From: an uncultured Treponema sp.
GTDB lineage: Bacteria; Spirochaetota; Spirochaetia; Treponematales; Treponemataceae
Length of the DNA stretch: 64,000 nt
Direction: 5' to 3'
NCBI GenBank assembly: GCA_964607295.1
Contig: CAZSJX010000007.1
Coordinates: forward strand, 18,026 to 82,025
Positions 20,771-30,742 of this stretch are shown here, in pieces. Every line of letters starts with the position of its first letter. The first letter of the stretch is position 1. The translations under genes and the position numbers were made by a program. Below the pieces are notes generated by a model, which did no database searches, was not told the origin of the DNA, and saw only the letters and a program-made list of their open reading frames with translations.

Positions 20771-22015
20771 ATGTTCAGTGCAGAAGAAATCCGCAGGGAT
20801 TTTAAAATATTCAGCCAGCCGGAAAATGAAGGCCTTATCTATCTTGACAGTGCGGCTACAGCCCACCGGCCGGAGTGTGTTATTCAGGCGGAAGCTGACT
20901 TTTATAGAAAAAACAATGCGAATCCTTTGCGCGGGCTTTATGGCCTGAGCATCCGTGCGACTGACGACTATGAGAACGCACGGTCGGTTGTCGCTAAGTT
21001 TCTGAATGCCGCCGAGCCTGCCGAGGTTGTTTTTACACGCAATGCCTCTGAAAGTCTGAATCTTGTTGCGTATACGCTCGGGCTTTCTGAAGTTCAGGCT
21101 GGCGATGAAATCGCCATAAGCTGCATGGAGCATCATTCAAACATTCTTCCGTGGCAGATGGTCTGCAATGCAAAGGGCGCAAAGCTTGTATGGCTTGAGT
21201 GCGACAGCAGCGGTGTTGTTTCTGAGCAGGAAATAAAGGCTAAAATAAATTCAAGGACAAAAATTGTTGCGGTTACGCAGGTCAGCAATGTCTTTGGCAT
21301 TACAAATCCTATAGAGCAGATTTCAGCCTATGCGCGCAAGGTTGGAAACGGAGGAAAGGGCGCTTACGTTGTTGTGGACGGAGCCCAGAGCGCGCCTCAT
21401 AAAAAAGTTGATGTGCAGAAGATGGGCGCGGATTTCTTTGCGTTTTCAGGGCACAAGCTTTGCGCTCCGATGGGAATAGGCGCTCTTTATGGGAAAAAGC
21501 AGCTGCTTGAAAAAATTCCTCCGTTCATGCGCGGCGGAGAAATGATTGAGTATGTTACAAGGGAAGGCGCGACTTTTGCGGAGGTTCCGCATAAATTTGA
21601 AGCGGGAACTGTGAATGCCGGCGGAGCTGTTGCGCTTGCAAGAGCCGTCGAGTATGTTCAGCAAATCGGCCTGGACAGCATAGAGGCCAGCGATGATGCC
21701 CTTGCTAGGACAATGATTGAAGGAATGAAGCAGATTCCGTATCTTCATATAATCGGCAGCGATGACTACAGAAAGCACTGCGGAATTGTTACTTTTACAA
21801 TTGATGGTGTGCATCCGCATGACATCGCCTCGATTCTTGATACTGAAAAAATAGCAGTCCGTGCAGGACACCATTGCGCCCAGCCGCTTATGCAGAAGCT
21901 TGGAGTCGGCTCAACCGCCCGCGCAAGCTGCTATTTTTACAACACGCAGAGCGAAGTGGAGATTTTTATAGAGAAGCTTAAGTCCGTCCGCAGATGGATG
22001 GGATTTAAGGACTGA
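20771..22015 (+). CDS. sufS: SufS family cysteine desulfurase
   Basis: YLDSAAT, MEHHSNILPWQ, DGAQSAPH, FSGHK (PLP lysine), RAGHHCAQP. ATG at 20771 with RBS gagg. Confidence 0.95.
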   Translation: MFSAEEIRRDFKIFSQPENEGLIYLDSAATAHRPECVIQAEADFYRKNNANPLRGLYGLSIRATDDYENARSVVAKFLNAAEPAEVVFTRNASESLNLVAYTLGLSEVQAGDEIAISCMEHHSNILPWQMVCNAKGAKLVWLECDSSGVVSEQEIKAKINSRTKIVAVTQVSNVFGITNPIEQISAYARKVGNGGKGAYVVVDGAQSAPHKKVDVQKMGADFFAFSGHKLCAPMGIGALYGKKQLLEKIPPFMRGGEMIEYVTREGATFAEVPHKFEAGTVNAGGAVALARAVEYVQQIGLDSIEASDDALARTMIEGMKQIPYLHIIGSDDYRKHCGIVTFTIDGVHPHDIASILDTEKIAVRAGHHCAQPLMQKLGVGSTARASCYFYNTQSEVEIFIEKLKSVRRWMGFKD

Positions 22016-22158
22016 AAAAACAGGGTAATCCACGGTGCGGACTGTTCTATTTTGTTCGCACATCTGTTTTTGCAGCATTTCAATGAAGCGCGGATAAAGC
22101 TCTAAAAAGTACAGCCTGCGCTTCCTTGGAAACAGCATATAATGATTGAGGTATTGTC

Positions 22159-22632
22159 ATGGACTTGAAGTCGCTTTATCAAGAAATTCTTAACGAGCAT
22201 AATCTGAATCCAACTCACAAGGGAGTTATGGAAAACCCAACGTTTACGCTGCAGGGCGTGAATCCGAGCTGCGGAGACAACATTTATCTTCAGCTGAAGG
22301 TCGATGAAAACGGAATAATTTCAGAAGGAAGTTTCAACGGCTCCGGATGCGCGGTAAGCCAGGCTTCTGTTGACATGATGCTTGACGACATAATTGGAAA
22401 GAAAAAGGACGAGGCGTTGCGTCTTGCTTCGCTTTTTATGGATATGATTCACGGAAAGGTAGAGGATGATGATGTCCTTGAGGAGCTGGATGAGGCGGCC
22501 AGCCTTAAGAACATAAGCAAAATGCCCGCCCGTGTAAAATGCGCGGTTCTTGGCTGGCACACAATGGAAGAGATGCTAAAAAACGGAAAGTCTTCCGGGC
22601 AGGGAAGCGCGGAGCATTGCACAACAGAGTGA
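22159..22632 (+). CDS. sufU: SUF system NifU-family protein SufU
   Basis: NPSCGD, GCAVSQAS, PARVKCAVLGW. Confidence 0.93.
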   Translation: MDLKSLYQEILNEHNLNPTHKGVMENPTFTLQGVNPSCGDNIYLQLKVDENGIISEGSFNGSGCAVSQASVDMMLDDIIGKKKDEALRLASLFMDMIHGKVEDDDVLEELDEAASLKNISKMPARVKCAVLGWHTMEEMLKNGKSSGQGSAEHCTTE

Positions 22633-22751
22633 AAAAAATAACGGTAAGGAGGGAGACGGCTGGCAAAAACACTCAGTCTTTCGGTTTTGACAGACATATC
22701 TCGACTGTTAGCTGTTTTTTTATACTGAATTATAGTTAACTCAAAATTAGG
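22633..22751 (+). mobile_element. Fold-back MITE-like repeat, copy B (left end missing, abuts the sufU stop)
   Basis: ggctggcaaaaac...cggttttgacagacatatctcgactgttagctgttttttt-atactgaattatagttaactcaaaattagg. Confidence 0.7.
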
Positions 22752-22836
22752 AATAAAATTTAACATTTTTCAATAAAAACAAAGATTTGCTATTGACTTT
22801 TTTTTTGTAGTTTTGTATTTTATATGCACATTGCAT

Positions 22837-22907
22837 TCCCCGATTGTGTAATGGTAGCACTTGAGATTCTGGTTCTCACTGTGGGGGTTCGAATCCTCCT
22901 TGGGGAA
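22837..22907 (+). tRNA. tRNA-Gln (anticodon CTG)
   Basis: Acceptor stem tccccga/ttgggga, anticodon arm tgaga-ttctggt-tctca, T arm ggggg-ttcgaat-cctcc. Confidence 0.93.
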
Positions 22908-22943
22908 TATAAGCTGGACGGCTAGTCTGGCTTTTTTTGTTTT

Positions 22944-23015
22944 GGTTCCTTCGTCTATCGGCTAGGACGTGACCCTCTCAAGGTCGAAAGACGGGTTCGA
23001 TTCCCGTAGGAACCG
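22944..23015 (+). tRNA. tRNA-Glu (anticodon CTC)
   Basis: Acceptor stem ggttcct/aggaacc, anticodon arm tgacc-ctctcaa-ggtcg, T arm acggg-ttcgatt-cccgt. Confidence 0.93.
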
Positions 23016-23018
23016 TTT

Positions 23019-23045
23019 GCTCCTGTGTATGCAGGAGCTTTTTTT
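23019..23045 (+). terminator. Intrinsic terminator after tRNA-Glu (another hairpin plus T run at 22911-22938 after tRNA-Gln)
   Basis: gctcctgtgtatgcaggagc followed by a T run. Confidence 0.75.
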
Positions 23046-23136
23046 ATGCCTTTTTTACTAGAAACTCATAGGAAAAAATGATAGGCTTTCGGGGCATATA
23101 AAAATCAGTACTTTTCATTTGAATTGGAGTAGGTAA

Positions 23137-24369
23137 ATGACATTTTTTGAAGAGCTTCAGTGGCGGGGACTTGTTAAGGATGTTGCCGGAGAAGACATAG
23201 CAGACAAGCTTAACAATGAAAAAATCACATTTTACTGGGGAACAGATCCTACGGCGGACAGCCTGCATCTTGGCCACTATTCGTCTTTAGTTACTGCTAA
23301 GCGTCTTGCTCGCGCTGGCCACCATCCGATTCTTCTGGTCGGCGGTTCCACCGGGCTTATTGGAGATCCGCGTCCTACAGCCGAGCGTGAAATAATCAGC
23401 CATGATACTCTGGAAAAGAACCTTGCAGGCATAAGAAGTCAGGTTGACAGAATTTTTGATGGAAAAGCTGAAATTGTAAACAACTATGACTGGACAAAAG
23501 ACTACACTTTCCTTGAATTCCTGCGTGATATTGGAAAATACATAAACGTAAGCTATATGCTTTCTAAGGATATAATTTCACGCCGCCTTGAAACAGGAAT
23601 CACATTTGCGGAATTTTCGTATACGCTTCTGCAGGGCTATGACTTTCTGTGGCTTTATAGAAACAAGAACTGCATTCTTCAGGCTGAAGGCGCAGACCAG
23701 TGGGGCAACATAACTACCGGGCTTGAGCTTATCCGCAAAATTGAAGGCAAGGATGCCTACGGATTTACAATGCCGCTTGTTCTGGATAAGTACGGAAATA
23801 AATTTGGAAAAAGCGCGGGAAACGCACTGTGGCTTGACTTGAACAAGACTTCAGGATATGAGCTTTACCAGTACCTTGTTAATGTTGACGATTCGATGGT
23901 CATTGACTATCTGAAGATTTTTACTTTCCTTTCAAGGGAGCAGATTGAGGAGCTTGAAGCAAAGAACAGGGAGCATCCTGAGCTTCGTGAGGCGCATAAG
24001 GCTCTTGCGCGCGAGATTATCACGGATTTGCACGGAGCGGCGGAGTATGAGAAGGCTGTGAACATAAGCAGCTCTCTTTTTTCTGGCGATGTAAAATCAC
24101 TCAGCCTGAAGGATATTGAGATTGGCTTTAAGGACGTTCCGACTGTTTCAGTTTCAGAAGGCGAAAAGCTTATTGATGTGCTTGTGAACAATAAGATTGC
24201 CTCAAGCAGAAGGGAAGCGCGCGAATTTCTTGCGGCAGGCTCTATAACGCTGAATGGCGAAAAGTTCACGGATGAAAATATGCCTGTAACAAGCCAGCTT
24301 GCAATTGAAGGAAAAGTTATTGTCCTGCGCCGCGGAAAAAAGAAGAACTATATTGTCAAATTTAATTGA
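23137..24369 (+). CDS. tyrS: Tyrosine--tRNA ligase
   Basis: GTDPTADSLHLGH (HIGH motif), GADQWGNI, KFGKS (KMSKS motif), C-terminal S4 domain. Confidence 0.97.
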   Translation: MTFFEELQWRGLVKDVAGEDIADKLNNEKITFYWGTDPTADSLHLGHYSSLVTAKRLARAGHHPILLVGGSTGLIGDPRPTAEREIISHDTLEKNLAGIRSQVDRIFDGKAEIVNNYDWTKDYTFLEFLRDIGKYINVSYMLSKDIISRRLETGITFAEFSYTLLQGYDFLWLYRNKNCILQAEGADQWGNITTGLELIRKIEGKDAYGFTMPLVLDKYGNKFGKSAGNALWLDLNKTSGYELYQYLVNVDDSMVIDYLKIFTFLSREQIEELEAKNREHPELREAHKALAREIITDLHGAAEYEKAVNISSSLFSGDVKSLSLKDIEIGFKDVPTVSVSEGEKLIDVLVNNKIASSRREAREFLAAGSITLNGEKFTDENMPVTSQLAIEGKVIVLRRGKKKNYIVKFN

Positions 24370-24445
24370 GAATTTGGAAATTCTGATTTATAATATCATG
24401 CGGTGTTTTTAGAAAGCACGCAAAAATTTTATGGGAGCAAAACAG

Positions 24446-25078
24446 ATGAATTTTATTTTTTTAGGACCACCGGGAGCTGGAAAAGGAACTTTGGCGGCCC
24501 AGGTTTCAGAGGAATACGGAATTCCGCAGATTTCAACAGGAGATATTTTCCGCGAGAATATCAAGAACCAGACAGAGCTTGGAAAAAAGGTAAAGGCAAT
24601 CCTTGATTCCGGCGGCCTTGTGAGCGATGATGTCGTCCTTGAGATTGTGGAGGACAGGCTCAAGAAAGCTGACTGCAAGAACGGCTTTATTCTTGACGGA
24701 TTTCCGCGCACAATTCCACAGGCAGAGGCGTTTGAGAAGCTCGGAATCGATGTGAAGGTTGTTAACTTTGAAGTTGACAATGACCTGATTATTGCGCGCC
24801 TTTCAAACCGCCGTGTCTGCAAAAGCTGCAAGGCGAACTACAACGTTAAGTTTATGCCTCCAAAAGTCGAGGGAAAGTGCGACAAGTGCGGCGGCGAGCT
24901 CTTTACGCGTGAGGATGACAAGCTTGAGTCTATAACCCACCGCCTTGAAGTTTACAGAAAGGAAACAGAGCCTCTTATTGAATTTTACAAGAAGCTTGGA
25001 AAAATCACAGACATCGACAGCGCAAGGGATTCAAGCCTTGTTCTGGTTGACTTCAAAAATCTTTTTCCAAAAAAATAA
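24446..25078 (+). CDS. adk: Adenylate kinase
   Basis: GPPGAGKGT, ISTGDIFR, LDGFPRT, Cys-containing LID (CKSC...CDKC). Start at ATG 24446 after ggag. Confidence 0.97.
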   Translation: MNFIFLGPPGAGKGTLAAQVSEEYGIPQISTGDIFRENIKNQTELGKKVKAILDSGGLVSDDVVLEIVEDRLKKADCKNGFILDGFPRTIPQAEAFEKLGIDVKVVNFEVDNDLIIARLSNRRVCKSCKANYNVKFMPPKVEGKCDKCGGELFTREDDKLESITHRLEVYRKETEPLIEFYKKLGKITDIDSARDSSLVLVDFKNLFPKK

Positions 25079-25168
25079 ACCTGATGCCATTTAGGTTTTA
25101 AGTCCTGCGCCATGCAGGGCTTTTTTTTTTGCCTTGAAAATCGTTTCCAAGTCCTGTATTATTTTCCC

Positions 25169-26653
25169 ATGCAAAAAAAAGTTACGCTTGCTCTTTTTAT
25201 TGTGATTGTTGCGGCCGGTGCTGTCGCGTTTATTGCAAAAAACTATTTCTATAAGCCAGATAAAAATAAGGCTTCGGCCTCTGTGGTTGTGCCTATGTCC
25301 AGTTCAGCGGAGGAAAAGAAGAATTCCTCATTTTCTTCAATTGAAGAGGATGCTTCTCTTGTGTCTCTGGTTCCGCTCGATGACAATGAAACTTTGATAA
25401 GCATTGTCAGCATGGACTTTGACGGAGACGGCTTTGATGACCAGGTGAATGCAATTAGGACAATGGACAGCCCGTACCTTGCAATTCTGGTGGGGCTTTA
25501 CAATCCTCAGAAAAATGCCTATGAAAGAAAGGCTGTTATTGCTACGGAAGTTTCCCAGGCGCAGACTTTTTCCTATACCGGCATTGACTTGACGGGCGAG
25601 CATAGGACTGCGCTTGTTTACCAGGGATTTGCGGATAACGGGGATTCTGTGCTGCAGGCGTTCTTTGTTTCAAACGAGGGCGGAAAATTCTCGCTTTCAA
25701 AAATTGCTGACCTTCGCGGAGACGGAACAATTTTTATCCAGCAGCTTGACCGCTATGATGCCTACGAGAGATCAAAGGCAAACGGCGCAAGCTTTCCTAT
25801 CTGGGTCTATACTTCTGACACGGAGCGGCCTGGAAGCGCGGACCAGCTTCAGCTCCAGTATGAGTGGAAACATTCAGAGAACTGCTATGTAAAAACAAGA
25901 ACTGTCCGTGTCGCAGGAAGCAGAATCGCGGCCAAAGAGCTTGCGAAAATTCAGGACGGAACTGTCGCAACGTTTGCAGGATTCTTGAACGGACTTTGGT
26001 ATATGCCTCAGGCTGATGGAAGTTTGCGGTATGTTTTCTTTGACTACGGCGCGCGCGAGATTATTTTTTTCAAGGATGACACGGAAGAAGTCTACAAGTG
26101 GGCGCACAGCAATATCCGCCGCAACGGAATTTATCTTTCCACTATAAATCAGGAGATTGAGAATCTTCAGCGGAGAATTGATATAAGCCTTAAGAGCACC
26201 GAGGAAATTCATATAAGAATTCAAGATGACGTGCGCATGATTATAAGTGAAAATGCTATGTGGGACGGAAACTATAAAAAAATCGGAAAGAGTATGTTCC
26301 TGCAGAAGTCTTTGTCAAAGGCGGCCGGCGGTTCTTTGGATTTTGGAAAAGAAAGCGAATGGAAAATTCCGGACGGATCCACTGTAAAGATGCATGACGG
26401 AAAATATTCAATGAAAGCCGAAGGCTTTCTGGAGACAGGGCTTTACTCATGCTTTGAAAGCGGCGGCTCCTCTTTTGTGCAGTTCCGTCCTGATTCAGAG
26501 AACAATGCTCGTTTTAGCGGAGTTTACAGGATAACAGCAGAGGAAAACAGCACGTCCCAGAAGAAATATGTTCTGCAGCCGTGCAGAACAACTGGCAATG
26601 GAATAGTCGCTCATGAGTCCCGTCCTGTTGTCCTTATGATTTTGTCCGACTGA
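25169..26653 (+). CDS. Pallilysin-related adhesin-like protein
   Basis: N-terminal membrane anchor; DGFDDQVNAIR...VGLYNP...TFSYTGIDLTGEHR pattern recalled from the Treponema family so annotated. Confidence 0.6.
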   Translation: MQKKVTLALFIVIVAAGAVAFIAKNYFYKPDKNKASASVVVPMSSSAEEKKNSSFSSIEEDASLVSLVPLDDNETLISIVSMDFDGDGFDDQVNAIRTMDSPYLAILVGLYNPQKNAYERKAVIATEVSQAQTFSYTGIDLTGEHRTALVYQGFADNGDSVLQAFFVSNEGGKFSLSKIADLRGDGTIFIQQLDRYDAYERSKANGASFPIWVYTSDTERPGSADQLQLQYEWKHSENCYVKTRTVRVAGSRIAAKELAKIQDGTVATFAGFLNGLWYMPQADGSLRYVFFDYGAREIIFFKDDTEEVYKWAHSNIRRNGIYLSTINQEIENLQRRIDISLKSTEEIHIRIQDDVRMIISENAMWDGNYKKIGKSMFLQKSLSKAAGGSLDFGKESEWKIPDGSTVKMHDGKYSMKAEGFLETGLYSCFESGGSSFVQFRPDSENNARFSGVYRITAEENSTSQKKYVLQPCRTTGNGIVAHESRPVVLMILSD

Positions 26654-26656
26654 CTA

Positions 26657-26820
26657 TTAGCCTCAATTTCGAGTTAACTATAATTCAATATAAAAAATAG
26701 CTAACAGTCGAGATGCGTCTGTCAAAACCGTCCGATATTCGGGCTGCACAGTTTTTTTTGCCAGCCGCTTCTTTCTTTCCCGCTGTTTTTTTTGCTCAAT
26801 ATTAAAACTCGAAATTAAGG
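26657..26820 (-). mobile_element. Fold-back MITE-like repeat, copy C (complete)
   Basis: Terminal inverted repeats cctcaatttcgagtt / aactcgaaattaagg (15 bp, one mismatch) and inner arms aaaaaatagc / gctgttttttt. Fills the gap between two convergent stop codons. Confidence 0.8.
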
Positions 26821-27456
26821 TCAGTAGACAAGGTTTATATTGTCAACAAGAATTGACCCGGAAAAGCTTTTTCCTTTTATCAGGAATGAAATGCTCCTTA
26901 TGTCCTCTTTCTCTGTCAGGCCGGAAACTGAATTTCCGCTTATATCAGTTATTCCGTGGAGCAAATCGAAATAGACGTTTATGTTTTCGCCTATGCCAAT
27001 AAGAACTTCCTGCGTCCTTGAGGCTGTGTGGCAGGGACCGCCCTGTGTTTCTATGGCAACAGCAAGCGGATTCTGGCAAGTGTTGTTTATGTCTGCGGTC
27101 AATGCCTTTGCATGAGTCCAGTCTTTCTGGGCAGGATTTTCTGTTGTGAAAGCCGCCTCTGCTCCCTCGGGGATTTTTGCGAAGCTCCATTGCGCGCAGA
27201 AATCTCCTTCTGTGCTCCATTCTTCCGTGGTGTCTGTGTCTATGGAATATCCTCCGCCTTTTGCTCCGTCCATGGCCTGCCAGAAGTTTTCTTCCTCAAA
27301 GCCGTCCAGAAGCTCAAGTGTTCCTTCCGGAGCCGGATTGTTGATAGGAAAGATTGTTTCCGCCGTGTCAAGGCCTGAATTGCCTGTAGTGGAAACGCAC
27401 GCCGCTGTGACTGCCGCCGCTATAAAAATTGACGCTGCTTCTAGGGTTTTTGTCAT
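26821..27456 (-). CDS. Hypothetical lipoprotein with a putative carbohydrate-binding (jelly-roll-like) domain
   Basis: Lipobox-like AVTAAC; LLDGFE...WSTEG...KDWTHAKALTADINN...ILVDNINL pattern resembles galactose-binding-like modules. Confidence 0.5.
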   Translation of the reverse strand: MTKTLEAASIFIAAAVTAACVSTTGNSGLDTAETIFPINNPAPEGTLELLDGFEEENFWQAMDGAKGGGYSIDTDTTEEWSTEGDFCAQWSFAKIPEGAEAAFTTENPAQKDWTHAKALTADINNTCQNPLAVAIETQGGPCHTASRTQEVLIGIGENINVYFDLLHGITDISGNSVSGLTEKEDIRSISFLIKGKSFSGSILVDNINLVY

Positions 27457-27621
27457 GGTTCCTCCTTAAGTGATGTTTAAAACTTTATATACGCTTTTTT
27501 TCAAAAACAGCAAGTATTCCATGGTTGCCATTTGATTTTTTTATGCTTTTTTTGTAGAATCAGTAACTAATATCATACTATTTTGTTTATGATTTTTCTT
27601 TTTAACTTTTGGAGGCATTAA

Positions 27622-28923
27622 GTGAAAAAGATTGTTTTAGGAATCGCAGCGGCAGCCCTTGTTTGCTCTGCGGCGAGCGCTCAGGTTTTGGGAAGGGCTC
27701 AGATTAAGAACACATTGTGGACCGGCTTTGGAAATCCGTTTGACGGCGACACAATGTTCTACGGTTTTACTGATATTTTTCAGGCAAGATTTGACCAGGG
27801 CAAGTTTACAATGGACGGAATGCTCAACATGGGCGCGCTGGCAAACTACGAGAACGGCGGCGATGTGGACAACTTTGAAATCGGCACTACAAATTTGAAT
27901 CCGCTTGCTCTTCATTACGGACGCAATAGTCGTAATACAAATGACGAAAATTACAATAATTCTGTTAACTCAAACAACACAATTACAGACGCTTTCTACC
28001 TGAACTTTATTTACCATATCAACCGCAACTTTGACTTTGGAATGGGAACGAAGCTCAACTGGAAAGTAGGTCCTGCTCCGGGATACGGCGACTGGGTCTG
28101 GGGGCCTGACGCGCACGTAAGACAGGGCGGATTCAGCACGGCGTACGATGACCGCTCAGGCTCGTTTGCGCCAAGCTCTACATCATCTGACTGCGCCGGT
28201 TACTACAAGTTCAATGTTGATAGGCCTGGCACTGCTGATGTTGTAGGATTTATTCCGTATTCAAATTCCTATGCAAGAAGAGGACTTGGCGTAAGATATG
28301 TTTCCGGCGGAAAAATGGGGCTTGAGGCTGGAGCTGCTCTTCCTAACGGATTCAACACGGATGATCCTGCTGTAAACTTTGGTGTGAAATTTGCTCCTGT
28401 AAACTGGGTTAGCATTGGCGCTGCGATGGAAGGCGCTTTTGAAGACGCTGCGAATTTCTATGCCGGAGCGACAATCGGCGCAAAGGATTTTGTCCTTGAG
28501 CTTTACATGGCTATGGACTCGCTTTTCACCAAGGAAAAGGACGACGAGGCATACGGATTCGGAGGAGCGATTACTTTGTCTCCAAACTCAAAGTTTTCAA
28601 TTCGCCCGGAAGCCGGCTTGAACCTGTTTGAGAACGACGACTACACATTCGCCTGGTATGCCGGAGCTGCTCTTATTGTTCCTATTAACAAGGACTTCCA
28701 GTTCAATGGTTACGGCTCTGTTGCGTTCGGCTCAAAGGACAAAGACTGGGATGACGATGACTGGAACGGCGGACACATCTTTACAATCCGTCCTTCTGTA
28801 AAGTACAAGTTCTCTAAGAAAACAGACTTTGACTTGAACCTGAACCTTGAGAACAGAAAGGCATTCGATGGAAAAACTAGAAACGCATGGTCATGCGGAT
28901 TCTATATAAGCCACATTCTGTAA
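27622..28923 (+). CDS. Putative outer-membrane beta-barrel (porin-like) protein
   Basis: GTG start with RBS ggagg, Sec signal peptide, many amphipathic strands, C-terminal strand WSCGFYISHIL. Confidence 0.6.
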   Translation: MKKIVLGIAAAALVCSAASAQVLGRAQIKNTLWTGFGNPFDGDTMFYGFTDIFQARFDQGKFTMDGMLNMGALANYENGGDVDNFEIGTTNLNPLALHYGRNSRNTNDENYNNSVNSNNTITDAFYLNFIYHINRNFDFGMGTKLNWKVGPAPGYGDWVWGPDAHVRQGGFSTAYDDRSGSFAPSSTSSDCAGYYKFNVDRPGTADVVGFIPYSNSYARRGLGVRYVSGGKMGLEAGAALPNGFNTDDPAVNFGVKFAPVNWVSIGAAMEGAFEDAANFYAGATIGAKDFVLELYMAMDSLFTKEKDDEAYGFGGAITLSPNSKFSIRPEAGLNLFENDDYTFAWYAGAALIVPINKDFQFNGYGSVAFGSKDKDWDDDDWNGGHIFTIRPSVKYKFSKKTDFDLNLNLENRKAFDGKTRNAWSCGFYISHIL

Positions 28924-29029
28924 AATATCCGGCCTGCCTAGAAATATATTTTTAGAGGCGGCCAGACGCAGCTGTGCATTTTTTTGCATTGCGGCTGCGC
29001 ATTTTTTCCATGTCGGCCTCACTGAAAGC

Positions 29030-29115
29030 CTGTGCATGGAATTTTAGTTTCGGCGAGAATATGCTGTGAAATTCAGCTGAGGACCCACCACCGTAAAATC
29101 CGGACTTCTCTTTAT
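29030..29115 (+). promoter_or_regulatory. Putative cobalamin riboswitch (short, class II-like)
   Basis: gagaa-tat-gctg-tgaaat-tcagc T-loop hairpin followed by tgaggacccaccaccgtaa, close to the cobalamin box acggtcccgccactgtaa, then aaatccggac. Lies upstream of an operon ending in a TonB-dependent receptor. Confidence 0.62.
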
Positions 29116-29146
29116 TCACATTTTTTTCGTTTAGGGGGATATCTAA

Positions 29147-30682
29147 ATGAAGTTCATAAGGGCGTGTTCCGCCTTCTTTTTAATTTCCTTTCTTTTTGTC
29201 TCGTGCATGGACAGCGCGGGCGGCTCTGTTGAAGATAGTTCTGGCGGCGGAATTTACGGCCAGGATACAAGAACTCTGCTTTACAGCGAAATTGCGGACA
29301 CTGTGTGGTTCGCTTCGAATGAATATAGGTTCGATTTTCCAGAAGATCAGGATAAAAAAATTGTTTACTTGAATTATATGCCGGACGGTGCCAATACGGA
29401 AAAATGGATTCAGCTTACCGCGGATGAAAACGGCATAACAAAAGCAAAGATTATTTATTCTACAAATATACGTGAAATAGGAAAGACTTCTACTGCCTAT
29501 TTCTATAGGACAGGCGATGGAAATGTCTGCTTTAAGTGTGATTTTCTTAGCGCATCTGGAATGCAGCTAGCATCTGAAAATTCCGCATCGATTTTTGATT
29601 ATGAAAAAGTTCCTGCCCTAAAGGCTGATTACCTTTCAAATTTTGATGGAAAATATAAATTGAATACTAAAGGCTGGGAATTGCAAATTGGTGCAAAACT
29701 GAGCATTACTCAGGATCTTAATCATTACTGGTTTGCAAATGTTCTTGCCACAGAATATGATGAAAATACAAAAACCTATGATTTACTTTTGGCTCACACT
29801 TCTCAAAAAGGTGCGTCAGGTTCTACTAGCCCGGGCATAACAGGCAATGAGCCTTTTATAACAAGGCAGGGGCTGTTCTGGAATCATTGTTTATTAAAAA
29901 ATAATGGGGGGGGGACGTGGAAAATCCAGTGGGCTTCAAACTGGTACGACAGTCCAGCGGAAGCTATGGAATCCGCACTGGATATGGATGACACGTTCAG
30001 CGGCCCGGCGTCTGCAGAAATGCACTATGTGTTCAACTTCTACTTCGGAAAGCCGGTTCAGGACAGTGACGGATGGTGGACAGTGGAAAGAGGAGAGTGG
30101 ATAGGCGCATACAAAGAGGATTCTAATGTTGCAAAAACTTGGACCTGGGGTGAAATAAAAAGCCATATTCCTAGCTACACAATTCCAGAAGATAAAATTG
30201 TGGATTACTGGTGGTATGGTTCGCCTAATTCTTTTTATGTTAACAAAGATTCCTATGTTCATGAATTGAATTCCGATTCTGCTGTATTGTCTTTGGAAAA
30301 TTATGATATTTATCTTGCGTTGAAGGATAAACTACCTGTAGGAAAAGAACTTCCTACAAATGGAACTTTTATTTCTTCAAAGGATAGTGTCAATCCTTTA
30401 CTTTTTGAAGGTTCTACTCTGAAGTATGGTTCCAATAGTTATATAGTCAAAGATCTTGTTCAATGGTCTTCTTCTACAAATAATGAATGTTGGGCTTTGC
30501 TTCTTGACGATGGTATTTCTACTTATTGTGCTGCTTTTTATTGGTACACACATTATAAAGGAGAGTTACTTGTCCCTGATTATATGCATTGGTATCCGCC
30601 TAAGCTTTATTCTGGGGAACTTCCAGCTTCCACAAATTTTAGCATTATGAACTCTAGAATTAAGGATTACGAAAGGCAGTAA
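29147..30682 (+). CDS. Hypothetical lipoprotein (Trp/Tyr-rich, compositionally mosaic)
   Basis: Lipobox FLFVSC; 511 aa ORF; RBS ggggg. Confidence 0.75.
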   Translation: MKFIRACSAFFLISFLFVSCMDSAGGSVEDSSGGGIYGQDTRTLLYSEIADTVWFASNEYRFDFPEDQDKKIVYLNYMPDGANTEKWIQLTADENGITKAKIIYSTNIREIGKTSTAYFYRTGDGNVCFKCDFLSASGMQLASENSASIFDYEKVPALKADYLSNFDGKYKLNTKGWELQIGAKLSITQDLNHYWFANVLATEYDENTKTYDLLLAHTSQKGASGSTSPGITGNEPFITRQGLFWNHCLLKNNGGGTWKIQWASNWYDSPAEAMESALDMDDTFSGPASAEMHYVFNFYFGKPVQDSDGWWTVERGEWIGAYKEDSNVAKTWTWGEIKSHIPSYTIPEDKIVDYWWYGSPNSFYVNKDSYVHELNSDSAVLSLENYDIYLALKDKLPVGKELPTNGTFISSKDSVNPLLFEGSTLKYGSNSYIVKDLVQWSSSTNNECWALLLDDGISTYCAAFYWYTHYKGELLVPDYMHWYPPKLYSGELPASTNFSIMNSRIKDYERQ

Positions 30683-30742
30683 TTCATCTTACTTACAGTT
30701 CTCGTAGAGAACTAAAAAAAAATAAACATAACGGAGTTTTTT

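Noticed and set aside
23020-23136. T-box leader for tyrS
   Set aside because: Only ~120 bp after the tRNA terminator; no T-box sequence or specifier stem.
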